Source: Thermofilaceae archaeon
Lineage (GTDB): Archaea > Thermoproteota > Thermoprotei > Thermofilales > Thermofilaceae
Direction: 5' to 3'
Assembly (NCBI GenBank): GCA_038727095.1
Contig: JAVYWK010000019.1
Span: forward strand, 1-36,430
Length of the DNA stretch: 36,430 nt
Below the pieces are notes generated by a model. It saw only the letters and a list, made by a program, of their open reading frames with translations. It was not told the origin of the DNA and made no database searches. This document shows, in pieces, positions 28,012 to 36,430 of the stretch (position 1 is the first letter of the stretch; each line of letters starts with the position of its first letter). A program made the position numbers and the translations under genes.

Positions 28012-29103
28012 GTGTACAAGTTCCGCGCTGTCGCGTACCACGCGCCACCGGCTGCCGGAGACCTCGATGGCTACGTCTCGCGGCTGAGGCTGAGCGAGGT
28101 GGAGGCTTTCGTTAGGGGGCTTTCGAAGAGGAGGGAGGTATGGACGGTACGCGTCGTGTCCACGCCCCTGGAGGATGCGGTGCGAGCCTTGGGCGTGAGC
28201 GCTGAGAAGTACGTGGAGGAGTTCTACGAGGCTGCCAGAAGGGTTTCCGGCTACGTTGCGTTCCCCCTCACGAAGCCCCGAGCGGAGCTGATCATCGATC
28301 TCGCGGCGAGCTTCGACCGAGCCTACTTCTCCGTGCCCTACGCCGAGAATTGGGAGGGCGAGATAATCAGCGTGCTCAGGCAGCTGCCGGAGAAAGCGGG
28401 GTGGGTATCGGCTTCCCGCTTCGCCGTCTCGTTCGGGGAGCGGCCGGTGACAGCCTACTTCCCTGTGACGACCAGCGAAGGGGAGGGCTTGACGCTCAGC
28501 CTACTTTACCCCAGCCACGCCGCCAGACTGCTCGACGAGGGCTTGACGCTCGCGGACGCGATAAGAGAGACCGCTCTCGAAGCCTACCGGTTGGCGTACG
28601 AGGCTCTCGACTCCTCGGGCTCCAAGCTGGCCCTCCACGGCATCGATCTATCGCTCTCCCCCTGGGACACGGACAGCGTGGCCCTGCTTCTCGAGAAGCT
28701 GCTCGACGCACCGCTCTTCACCCCCGGCACCTTCCAGCTCCTCCACGCTGTGAACGAGGCGCTCACCATCCTGGCCTCCTCCCTCCACGCGCCGGGCTTC
28801 AACGAGGTTATGCTCCCCCTAGCCGAGGACGCGAGGCTGAAGGAGCTCTCCTCGGTCGGGCACTTAAGGTTCCGAGACCTCCTCGCCGTTACACCCGCGT
28901 GCGTTGCGGGGCTGGACATGGTCCCAATCCCCTCGAGCACGGAGGACCGCGTACTGAAGTGGGTGATGAGGGATCTCAGGGCAGCACAGAAGCTGAAAAA
29001 GAGGCCGTTGGGCATGCGCCTCCTCCTCGTCGACGCTGAGCCAGGCGAGGAGGTGGATCTAGGCATGTTCGGTAAAACACCCGTGCTCGACCCCCTCTCG
29101 TAG
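28012..29103 (+). CDS. DUF711 (UPF0210, PFL-like fold) family protein
   Basis: GIDLSLSPW..SVA, GFNEVMLPLAED..L, CVAGLDMVPIP, PLGMRLL. Confidence 0.85.
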   Translation: MYKFRAVAYHAPPAAGDLDGYVSRLRLSEVEAFVRGLSKRREVWTVRVVSTPLEDAVRALGVSAEKYVEEFYEAARRVSGYVAFPLTKPRAELIIDLAASFDRAYFSVPYAENWEGEIISVLRQLPEKAGWVSASRFAVSFGERPVTAYFPVTTSEGEGLTLSLLYPSHAARLLDEGLTLADAIRETALEAYRLAYEALDSSGSKLALHGIDLSLSPWDTDSVALLLEKLLDAPLFTPGTFQLLHAVNEALTILASSLHAPGFNEVMLPLAEDARLKELSSVGHLRFRDLLAVTPACVAGLDMVPIPSSTEDRVLKWVMRDLRAAQKLKKRPLGMRLLLVDAEPGEEVDLGMFGKTPVLDPLS

Positions 29104-29243
29104 CGGTCTACGCGTGGAAATGCTGGATTCGTGCATCCGCCGATGATGCCCCTCCACCGGTCAACAACACGCCTTTGACCGGAGAGCCCGCTTTGCACTC
29201 AATTGCACTTTCAAGCGCAGAAACCTTAAGCGTGCACGCGCGA

Positions 29244-29705
29244 TCAACGGTTTAAATCCGCAGTAATCGATTTCTTTCTCTCAGCTAGTAGAGCTTTGAT
29301 ATCCTCTATCAGTTTGCGAGTCTTCTCCATCTCTGTTTCCAGCTGTTCGACGTCTATTAAGCCCTCGTAGAAGGTTTCCCCGTGGAGAACCTTGTACCTA
29401 GCCATATACCTGTCAAGGACCCCCAGCTTCTCAACCCACTCATCCTTCTGCTCAATCTCCCTCAGCATTCTCCTTCTCTCAAAGTGGCTTGATGGGATCC
29501 TCTCCATGAACGAGAGAATAAGCGCGTCCACCGCCTGCACAACCGCGTTCCAGGCTTTCTCAGCGGAATCCCTTATGCCCAGAGGGTCTCTCTTGGCCAC
29601 AGCTTCAGCGAATTCACTACACGCTCTCTCGTAAAAGTCCTCAGCCATCTTGATCAACAGCTCCGCGTTTAACTCCGTGGCGCCAGCCTTTGAGCTAGTC
29701 GCCAC
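29244..29705 (-). CDS. PaREP1 family (HEPN superfamily) protein
   Basis: DSAEKAWNAVVQA, SH, RYKVLHGETFYEG. Confidence 0.78.
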   Translation of the reverse strand: MATSSKAGATELNAELLIKMAEDFYERACSEFAEAVAKRDPLGIRDSAEKAWNAVVQAVDALILSFMERIPSSHFERRRMLREIEQKDEWVEKLGVLDRYMARYKVLHGETFYEGLIDVEQLETEMEKTRKLIEDIKALLAERKKSITADLNR

Positions 29706-29981
29706 ACTACCTCGCGCTGGTAAAAGTATGACCGTTATTCACGTGTTAACCTAAAGTCGGTTAGCTGTGAACAGGCAGCGATCTGGATTGATGAGAAGAT
29801 GTATCGGATCCCAGAAGTACTGAAAGGAAGCCATCTGCGAAAGAGCCACGACGAATCCCGCAAAACTTCTCCTGGAAATGGAGACATCGACCTCCATCGG
29901 CTCGAAGCTGAGGCTCTAACATTAATAACAGTGGACAAATAAGTGTAGAGTTTAAACTATAGCTTCGAAACAATTCCAGCT

Positions 29982-30461
29982 TTATGGAATTGTTTTTATC
30001 CAGCTGACTCTTTTAAAGTCCTCATCGAACGTGGCAATCGAGGATACGCCTAACCTCTCTGCCACTGCCAGGTGGAGCGCGTCAGCAGGTAGAAGACCAA
30101 AAGCCTCCATGTAGTGCAAGCTCTTCAACCAATCGCTGTAGAGGATCGCCTCGACTCTCAGCCCTTTCGCAGCGAGGTACTCAACGTAATGAGAGAACTC
30201 ATCCACAATCCTAAAGCATTCGGCTCTCACCTTCTCGTCTCTCGCCAGCTTCTCCCTTATCCTCCAAATGTCCTTGGAGTTTAGAAGGGAGCTCGCCGCG
30301 GCTATGAGAAGCTTGAAAGAGACTTCCTCCAGCACCAGCGGTGTCGTGTAAGCTAGTACTTCGCTTTTCTCAACCGCTTCCAACAACCTTTGCGCTACAT
30401 CGGCGCCCTCCTCGTTGAGGAGAAGCTTCAGGAAGATTGAGGAGTCAATGAAAACCTTCAC
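29982..30461 (-). CDS. vapC: VapC-type PIN domain toxin
   Basis: VFIDSSIF, VLEEV, LLPADALHLA, IATFDEDF: four conserved acidic residues. Confidence 0.9.
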   Translation of the reverse strand: MKVFIDSSIFLKLLLNEEGADVAQRLLEAVEKSEVLAYTTPLVLEEVSFKLLIAAASSLLNSKDIWRIREKLARDEKVRAECFRIVDEFSHYVEYLAAKGLRVEAILYSDWLKSLHYMEAFGLLPADALHLAVAERLGVSSIATFDEDFKRVSWIKTIP

Positions 30462-30685
30462 GATTTAAACACCATGTAGGCTTCCTCAAGCTCTCTGAGC
30501 GTTAGATTGCTCTTAACCAGACCCCTCATCCTTGAGGTTACGGATTCTCCCCCCGTAGAGGCGATGAAAGCCTTCATGGCCCTCCGGAGAGCTTCGCTTC
30601 TCGTCAACCCCAGCTCTCTCGCTCTTCGCGTAAACTCGGTTAGCAACTCCTCTTCAACCTTCACGTATAAACCACGTTTCCTCAT
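30458..30685 (-). CDS. vapB: CopG/ribbon-helix-helix antitoxin (VapB-type)
   Basis: LYVKVEEELLTEF...ELGLTRSEALRRAM RHH pattern; GTGA overlap with vapC; AGGAG SD-like motif upstream. Confidence 0.85.
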   Translation of the reverse strand: MRKRGLYVKVEEELLTEFTRRARELGLTRSEALRRAMKAFIASTGGESVTSRMRGLVKSNLTLRELEEAYMVFKS

Positions 30686-30698
30686 ATGCGTCTCCTAC

Positions 30699-30725
30699 TA
30701 TACGTATATACGCTTGTATATATAC
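30699..30725 (-). promoter_or_regulatory. vapBC promoter/operator palindromes
   Basis: Perfect palindromes TATACGTATA (30699-30708), CGTATATACG (30703-30712) and GTATATATAC (30716-30725). Confidence 0.65.
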
Positions 30726-30908
30726 CTTAGGCACACTGGAGACCTCATGGATTCTATCGCTCTTTCGAGCATGCTTTCTCATAATCGTAACATTTTCTAA
30801 ATTTTGTTTAACTAATGCATTAATTAAGATAGTTGAACCAAAAAGAGGGTACTCCTCGAACCCTCCCCAACCTTTCTTCCGAAGTCCAAAACGTTTGCCT
30901 CCCCGCTA

Positions 30909-31973
30909 TCAAGGCTGCAGCTCCTTGAAGGCTTTCTCCACCCATTCCTCGAGCTCTGGCTTAGGCATCGGGTAGGCGAAGACGGTAATCCCCCTAGCGC
31001 CGTTCTCGAGCGCCAGCTCGAAACCCCTTTTCAGCTCCTCGTAGCTGTCCATGAAGTCCACCTTAATCCCGGCCGAGATGGGTAAGCCTCTCGACGCGCA
31101 CTCCCTGACAGCTTCACCGATCCACTCCACTCCTTCCCCATAATACTTGTGGTAGATCATCGGGTGGTAGTAGTCAAGGCCCCAACTCGGCCAATCCTGC
31201 CGCACGTAGCTGAAAGCGATCCTCGGCGTGGGGAAGACGGCTGCGCTCACCTCCATGCTCGGGTAAGCCCGCTTCACCTTGCCCAGCACGTACCGCACAG
31301 TCTCGGTGACCTGACGGGCCCTCCACTTCGTCCAATCCTCGTACAACTCGCTCTCAAACGGTATATCCCTAGGGTCGACCCCCCTTTCCCGCAGGTACTT
31401 GCTCCTGCAGGACTCGCAGTAGCAGTAATCGAACTCCGGTTTCACCACGTCTTCGAGGGGGACTCCCTGGTACCTGGATCTGAGGGCTTTGGGCAGGAGA
31501 GCGTCGGGGTACCTGATGTAGTCGAAGTGGAGCCCATCGACCTCGTACCTCTCAGCCACTTCGAGGAACAGATCAGCCAGGTTCTCCCTTACTTCCTCAC
31601 GGCTGGGGCACAGCCACTTGTAGTGCGGCACGTAAGGCGGTCTATCAACGCACGAAACCCCTAACTTGTTGACCACGTAGAGGTTTCTACGGCTCTCCTC
31701 GAACTCCGGGTTCGGGTAGCAGAGGCTGACGATCCAAGCGTGAACCCCCAACCCCCTCCTCCTAGCCTCTCCGATAAACCTCCCGACCAGATCGCGACCC
31801 CTGAATCGAGGAGGTTGAGCGCGAACACTACTCGGGTACAAGGGCCCTCCAACTGTAGCCACGAGGGGGAGAACTTCTTCAAAACCGAGCCTGGCGATCT
31901 TGTCTACCGCCTTCTCCGGCTCCGAGTGGAGAGCCTCCGTGCTCACCCAGCAGGCCCTCCTGAAGCCGTTCAT
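30909..31973 (-). CDS. GHL10/DUF187-like TIM-barrel glycoside hydrolase-like protein
   Basis: LYPS, ARRRGLGVHAW, WLCPSREEVR, YEVDGLHFDYIRYP, CYCESC, VSAAV, QDW..W, PMIY. ATG 31973 preferred to 32027. Confidence 0.82.
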   Translation of the reverse strand: MNGFRRACWVSTEALHSEPEKAVDKIARLGFEEVLPLVATVGGPLYPSSVRAQPPRFRGRDLVGRFIGEARRRGLGVHAWIVSLCYPNPEFEESRRNLYVVNKLGVSCVDRPPYVPHYKWLCPSREEVRENLADLFLEVAERYEVDGLHFDYIRYPDALLPKALRSRYQGVPLEDVVKPEFDYCYCESCRSKYLRERGVDPRDIPFESELYEDWTKWRARQVTETVRYVLGKVKRAYPSMEVSAAVFPTPRIAFSYVRQDWPSWGLDYYHPMIYHKYYGEGVEWIGEAVRECASRGLPISAGIKVDFMDSYEELKRGFELALENGARGITVFAYPMPKPELEEWVEKAFKELQP

Positions 31974-32040
31974 CAAGCTGAAGCTCATTCCAGGCTTTAT
32001 TTGCTGGTAATGCTTAAGGGGGCTCAACCGAAGGTAGCTT

Positions 32041-32847
32041 GTGCGCGTGCTCTACGTTGGGGATTCCGGCCTCGTCTTCGGGCCGCTGATTTTCGAGAGC
32101 CCCTTCCTCATCGAGGTTAAAGACGCCTACGTGAGGGAGTGGGGGTCCTACCTGATCGAAGCCGTGAGGAGGGAGGATCCGAGCATCGAGTTCGACTACC
32201 TTCGCACGGTTGACGCCTACAGGCTATTTCCGCGCGACTATGAGGGCTTGAGGAGGTACGATGTCCTCATCCTCAGCGATGTATCGAGCGAGGTTCTCGC
32301 CTTCTACCCCGAGTTCTTTCCAATCGAGCAGTTGAGGGAGGCGGAGCTTCTGGAGAAGGGGAAGTACGTCGGGATGCCGAACAGGCTGAAACTGATCAAG
32401 CGATTCGTGGAGGACGGCGGGGGACTGCTGATGTGCGGCGGCTGGTACTCCTTCTCCGGGCGCTTCGGGCAAGGAGGCTGGTACGGTACCCCCGTTGCCG
32501 ACGTGCTGCCAGTCGAGCTGGAACCAGTCGACGACCGCGTTGAAGCACCCGATGGCGCTTTCGTCAGGTACGCGAGCCCCTACCACCCCGTAACGCGCGG
32601 GATCGCCTGGGAGACGTGTCCACCCTTCCTCGGCTACAACAGGCTGAAGCCGAAAAGAGGCGCCGAGGTGCTGGCAAGGGTGGGTGAAAACGGGGATCCC
32701 CTAATCGTTGCCTGGGAAAGGGGGTTGGGGAGGGTGATTGCCTTCGCGAGCGACCCTGTCTTACACTGGGGTATCAACTTCGTCAAGTGGGAGCAGTACG
32801 GGCGCTTCTGGACGCAAGCTCTCAAGTGGCTGGCCAAGCAGCTATAG
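32041..32847 (+). CDS. DUF1355 / class I glutamine amidotransferase-like protein
   Basis: YDVLILSDV, FVEDGGGLLMCGGWYSFSG, TPVADVLPV, FLGYNRL, GLGRVIAFASD...HW...F..W..Y. Confidence 0.85.
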   Translation: MRVLYVGDSGLVFGPLIFESPFLIEVKDAYVREWGSYLIEAVRREDPSIEFDYLRTVDAYRLFPRDYEGLRRYDVLILSDVSSEVLAFYPEFFPIEQLREAELLEKGKYVGMPNRLKLIKRFVEDGGGLLMCGGWYSFSGRFGQGGWYGTPVADVLPVELEPVDDRVEAPDGAFVRYASPYHPVTRGIAWETCPPFLGYNRLKPKRGAEVLARVGENGDPLIVAWERGLGRVIAFASDPVLHWGINFVKWEQYGRFWTQALKWLAKQL

Positions 32848-33037
32848 CTCGTAATCACGAGGTACCAGCACCGTTGATACTTGCTCTCGGTGCATGCTGA
32901 AGGCGGCAGAGACTGGTACGGAGTAACTGTGCCGCTTGATCCGCTCGCCAGCGTTACCACTCTAAGGATGAATGCGAGATAATAAGGAGAAAATTTTTAT
33001 TAACCTCTTAGGATTATTTTACCTTTGGGAAGGTAAG

Positions 33038-33850
33038 GTGGAGAAACTGAGATTGCCGCAACCATTGATCATCGTAGTCCTTGTAGCCTTACTCAGCATT
33101 TGTCTAGCTTACCCAAACTCCGCCGAAACGCTAGCGCTTCCAGTATCGAGGGGAGAAGCATCACCGGGTAGTTCTGGGGGGCTAATAATAGGAAAGCGCG
33201 ACGTTCGGGTAGAGGCTGTTCAACCGAGGAAAATAATCGAGTGCCATCAGGGGTGTGGCAGTCCGGTTTACTTCGTAACTTTCAAGATGCTGGGGAAGAT
33301 ACCGGCTGAGGTTAGAGAGCTGCAGAAGGAGAAGTGGGCATCGTTCCCTCCGAAACCTGTTAAGCTCTCATTCCACCTATTCACGAAGACTGGAGAACGT
33401 GTAATGCCGTTAGAGGCCGGGATGTACCGCGGTTACATCGAGTACGAGGGAGGCTATAGGATCCCTATCGTATGGGAAACGATTGAGCTATCCGACCTTG
33501 AAAGCGTAGACGCTGTTGTAACATTCGGTATAGGGGGGACGCTAGCCCCCGGCTACGGAGACGAGTACGGCGGTTACACTCTCGTGCGCGTCGAAGTGGA
33601 GGTGGATTGGTGGCCCTCCAGCGGACCGTTGTTCATCGGCTTGGTCGACCACGATGTTGATCCTTACACAGCCTATGGCGTAAAAGTGTATGGTGGTAGC
33701 GTGAGAGTCACCCTATACCCGCCGTTCAGCCAGTACCATTACCACACGCTTGTGGTAGGGAACCTAGGCGATAATACGGTAAGCTACTCTGGCCACGTAC
33801 AGTGGCAAACAGCCCATAAGTACGAGCCGGCTAGCGGCAAAGGAGGGTAA
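33038..33850 (+). CDS. Hypothetical secreted protein
   Basis: Signal-peptide-like LIIVVLVALLSICLA after GTG 33038 (track start 32972); beta-rich C-terminus; no recognised family. Confidence 0.6.
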   Translation: MEKLRLPQPLIIVVLVALLSICLAYPNSAETLALPVSRGEASPGSSGGLIIGKRDVRVEAVQPRKIIECHQGCGSPVYFVTFKMLGKIPAEVRELQKEKWASFPPKPVKLSFHLFTKTGERVMPLEAGMYRGYIEYEGGYRIPIVWETIELSDLESVDAVVTFGIGGTLAPGYGDEYGGYTLVRVEVEVDWWPSSGPLFIGLVDHDVDPYTAYGVKVYGGSVRVTLYPPFSQYHYHTLVVGNLGDNTVSYSGHVQWQTAHKYEPASGKGG

Positions 33851-34023
33851 GAGAGGTATCAACACAGGAATTTTTAAACCGGCTTTTTTAATTCTCTAAC
33901 CCATTAAGGTGCTTGCGAAACCTCTCCGCTTACTGGAACCGGTTAGGGAAGGATGGCGATGCACCGAGAATCGCTCCGCTACAAGGGCCCAGGCTGCAGC
34001 CCCTACGCTGGCAATTTGGGAGC

Positions 34024-35778
34024 CTAGCTTGCCGCGGCGCGTCGCTTCCGCGCGTTGACGAGCGCAGCTACTAGACCCGCCGCCGCTAGCATCGCTGCTA
34101 TCGCGGCTAGCGTTGGGAGGTTCAGCTGAGGTGCGAGCTCGGGATTCCCTACTTCTGATTGCGGCCCCCTCTCTACGACGTTAACAGTGGTTGCGCATGA
34201 TGTTTGCCGACCGGCGGAGTCCTTCAAGAAGGCCTCGATAGCGGCGGTTCCTGGAAGGCGCACTCTCGTTCTAAAGACTTTCCTCACAGCGTCCCACGGG
34301 CCGCTGCTCCTATCCCAAGCAAAGTACCCCGTTTCCCGCTGCTCGCCTGCACGGATCTCGAAGCGAACGGCCTTGAGGGGGAGCGGGCTCTCGGCTTTGA
34401 TGGCGACGAGGAAGTACTCCCCGGCGAGCACTTCTGATGGTTGAGAGAGCAGCTCTAGGGTGCAGAAGGGGGCTGGAAGCCTGAGGACGCTCTCCAGCTG
34501 GCAGGCGGTCAAGGGGCGCTCATCGATGTTTCCGGGGCCAACCATGTACGGGTCGTCCGCATATCCGTCACCGTCCCGATCCTCATCGGAGCCATCGCTC
34601 CAATAGTTGCCGCCTTTATCGCTAGTCCACCGGTTCTCGCCACAGCCCGCGCTAGCCTGCGCCCTGTTGGCGATGAAGCAGTTGCCTTGAACAGTGTTGC
34701 GGGCGGAGCAGGCGAGCCAGAGGCCGAGCCCGTTCCGCAGAAGGGCGTTCTCGGCCACCAAGTTGCCCTTCGACTCGTAGAGGTAGATGCCGACGTCGCT
34801 GCCCTCCACCCAGTTTCCCCGGATCGTGTTGTTGTGAGAGGTGTGCAGCATGATGCCCCAGATGTTCCGCGAGAGCGTGCAGTTCTCCACGGTTGTGCCG
34901 CTCGACTCGTACAGTAGGACGCCGACGCTCGACCTCGAGATGCTAAGGTTGGCGACACGGACGCCCCGGGACCGCACCAGCACCACCTGCCCGGCTTCCC
35001 TCACTTCCCCGCCCTCCACCTCCTCGAGGTACACGAGGGGTCTCCCGTTCACGCTGTTGTTCGAGATCGTGTTGCGGAAGGAGGCTCTCACGTATACCCC
35101 GCAACCCCACAGCTCGTTCTCAACCACCTTCGCGCCACCGGAGTAGAGCAGCATTAAGCCCCACGAGCTATTGACGACAGTGCTGCGCGCCACCGTCACA
35201 GAGCTCGAGTTCATCACGTAGATCCCCCACACGCCTCCAACCACGCGGTTCTCCGCAACCTCGACGGAGTGGGAGAAGAGCAGGTTCACGCCCGTGACGG
35301 TGTCGACGAGCAGGTTTCCGATCACGCTGACACCCGTCGAGTTCACCACTGAAACACCCTCAGAGCACTTCAAAACCGTCACGTTGCGCATCTCCACGCC
35401 CTCCGCCCCCGTGACCATTACACCCAGCTGGAAGGCCTCAACAGCCAGGTTTAGCACTGTGACGCGCGACCCCCTAACGATGACTCCCAGCGTGTCACGC
35501 GCCCCATCACCCTTCAGCCTGTGGCCGTTACCGTTCAGGATGATGCCGCTCGCCTCAATCACGATTCCATCGCTACCCCATGCCTCAAGATCTTCGGTCA
35601 AGTAGTACACGCGATCCACACGCCTTACGGGCGCGCCATGTGGGCTGATGCTCCCGTCGGGGAGAATGCGGATGAGCCACCTCTGCGAGGCCTGCGCTTG
35701 CAAGCGTTGCCCGTAACCGCAGATGAGGGCCAGCGCAACTACGGAGGCTACCAGCACGGTTAAACCGAGCCTGAGCAC
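34024..35778 (-). CDS. Cell-surface NosD/CASH-type parallel beta-helix protein with C-terminal membrane anchor
   Basis: Signal peptide; GI.L..S..N repeats; NNSVNGRPLVYLE; GGNYWSD...DRDGDGYADDPY...DERPL; C-terminal TM helix plus RKRR. Confidence 0.85.
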   Translation of the reverse strand: MLRLGLTVLVASVVALALICGYGQRLQAQASQRWLIRILPDGSISPHGAPVRRVDRVYYLTEDLEAWGSDGIVIEASGIILNGNGHRLKGDGARDTLGVIVRGSRVTVLNLAVEAFQLGVMVTGAEGVEMRNVTVLKCSEGVSVVNSTGVSVIGNLLVDTVTGVNLLFSHSVEVAENRVVGGVWGIYVMNSSSVTVARSTVVNSSWGLMLLYSGGAKVVENELWGCGVYVRASFRNTISNNSVNGRPLVYLEEVEGGEVREAGQVVLVRSRGVRVANLSISRSSVGVLLYESSGTTVENCTLSRNIWGIMLHTSHNNTIRGNWVEGSDVGIYLYESKGNLVAENALLRNGLGLWLACSARNTVQGNCFIANRAQASAGCGENRWTSDKGGNYWSDGSDEDRDGDGYADDPYMVGPGNIDERPLTACQLESVLRLPAPFCTLELLSQPSEVLAGEYFLVAIKAESPLPLKAVRFEIRAGEQRETGYFAWDRSSGPWDAVRKVFRTRVRLPGTAAIEAFLKDSAGRQTSCATTVNVVERGPQSEVGNPELAPQLNLPTLAAIAAMLAAAGLVAALVNARKRRAAAS

Positions 35779-35796
35779 CGAGTTGACTACCCTTGA

Positions 35797-36430
35797 TCAC
35801 TTAAGAACCTCTCGGGCAGCCTCCTCAACGGCTTTAACGACGCGCTCCAGCCTAGCCTCATCCTCAGTTAGCAGCTCGTAGTGAGGCAGCCAAGCTACAG
35901 AGGCGCAAGCCTCCTCCGCGTTCCTCAGGTAAAGCCCATCGTACAGCCCGCTCGGCAACCCCCAGTACGGGTCCCTGAGGGCCGGCTGCTTGTAGAGGGG
36001 TTCCACGTAGCCCTCAGACAGGTTCACCCCTCTCCTCCTCGCGGCCTCCACGAACTTCAGCTTCAGCTCCACGCCCCTCCTCGCGGCCTCGGGAACCTTG
36101 ATGTAGGTGAAGTAAAAGTTCCAGTCAACGTGCTTCGGCGGCTCGAGGACCTCGATCCCATCGACTCTCTCCAAACCCTCCGCTACGATCCTCCAGTTCC
36201 TCCTGAGGGTCTCCAGCATCCGATCCAGCCTCTTCAGCTGGCCCAGCAGGACGGCGGCCTGGAACTCGGTCATCCGGAAGTTCCACCCCATCCTGGGGTG
36301 CTCGTACCACTTGCCCCCCGCCCTCCTGCCCACGTGGTGGAGCGACCAGATCAGCTCGTGCAAATCGTCCCGGTTGGTGAGCACGATGCCGCCCTCGCCG
36401 GCCGCCATTAGCTTACTCAACTGGAAGCTG
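35797..36430 (-). CDS. DegT/DnrJ/EryC1/StrS family PLP aminotransferase, 3' part (5' end outside window)
   Basis: SFQLSKLMAAGEGG (PLP lysine), GWNFRMTEFQAAVL..QL, PLYKQP, NAEEAC...WLP; frame open to the window edge. Confidence 0.9.
   Translation of the reverse strand, partial: SFQLSKLMAAGEGGIVLTNRDDLHELIWSLHHVGRRAGGKWYEHPRMGWNFRMTEFQAAVLLGQLKRLDRMLETLRRNWRIVAEGLERVDGIEVLEPPKHVDWNFYFTYIKVPEAARRGVELKLKFVEAARRRGVNLSEGYVEPLYKQPALRDPYWGLPSGLYDGLYLRNAEEACASVAWLPHYELLTEDEARLERVVKAVEEAAREVLK

Noticed and set aside
29788-29823. TTGATGA...CTGA as a C/D sRNA
   Set aside because: Imperfect C box, 25-nt spacing and no internal C'/D' boxes.
32851-32922. RYQHR*YLLSVHAEGGRDWYG in frame after the DUF1355 TAG: read-through or surface-repeat remnant
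   Set aside because: The DUF1355 protein is complete at its stop, a second stop follows, and similarity to surface repeats is too weak.
1-36430. CRISPR array, transposase/integrase, rRNA, selenocysteine or pyrrolysine recoding
   Set aside because: No regularly spaced repeats, recombinase motifs, rRNA-like sequence or interrupted conserved ORFs were seen by eye.

Overview
Archaeal chromosomal DNA, most consistent with a Thermoproteota hyperthermophile of the Thermofilaceae/Thermoproteales type. This is inferred from intron-containing tRNA genes with encoded CCA, TATA boxes about 20-25 nt before mostly leaderless starts, heavy AGG-Arg usage and a PaREP1 gene. The window mixes three kinds of content. 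(1) Scavenging genes: GH141-like, GH38, GH5-like and GHL10-like glycosidases, a URO-D/MtaA-family protein, a BMP-type nucleoside ABC transporter, and DASS, MFS and APC transporters. (2) Two intron-containing tRNA genes, Val-CAC and Pro-GGG. (3) Four toxin-antitoxin-type loci: AbiEii-AbiEi in toxin-first order, a single-chain HEPN-MNT fusion, VapBC and a stand-alone PaREP1/HEPN. The best candidate for an undescribed system is a tightly packed minus-strand cassette: YrfG-like HAD nucleotidase, then HEPN(RX4HXY)-MNT(GSX10DXD) fusion, then tRNA-Pro(GGG), where the fusion's stop codon shares its last base with tRNA position 1. No CRISPR array, integrase, transposase or rRNA was seen. All protein calls come from motif recognition by eye, not database searches.
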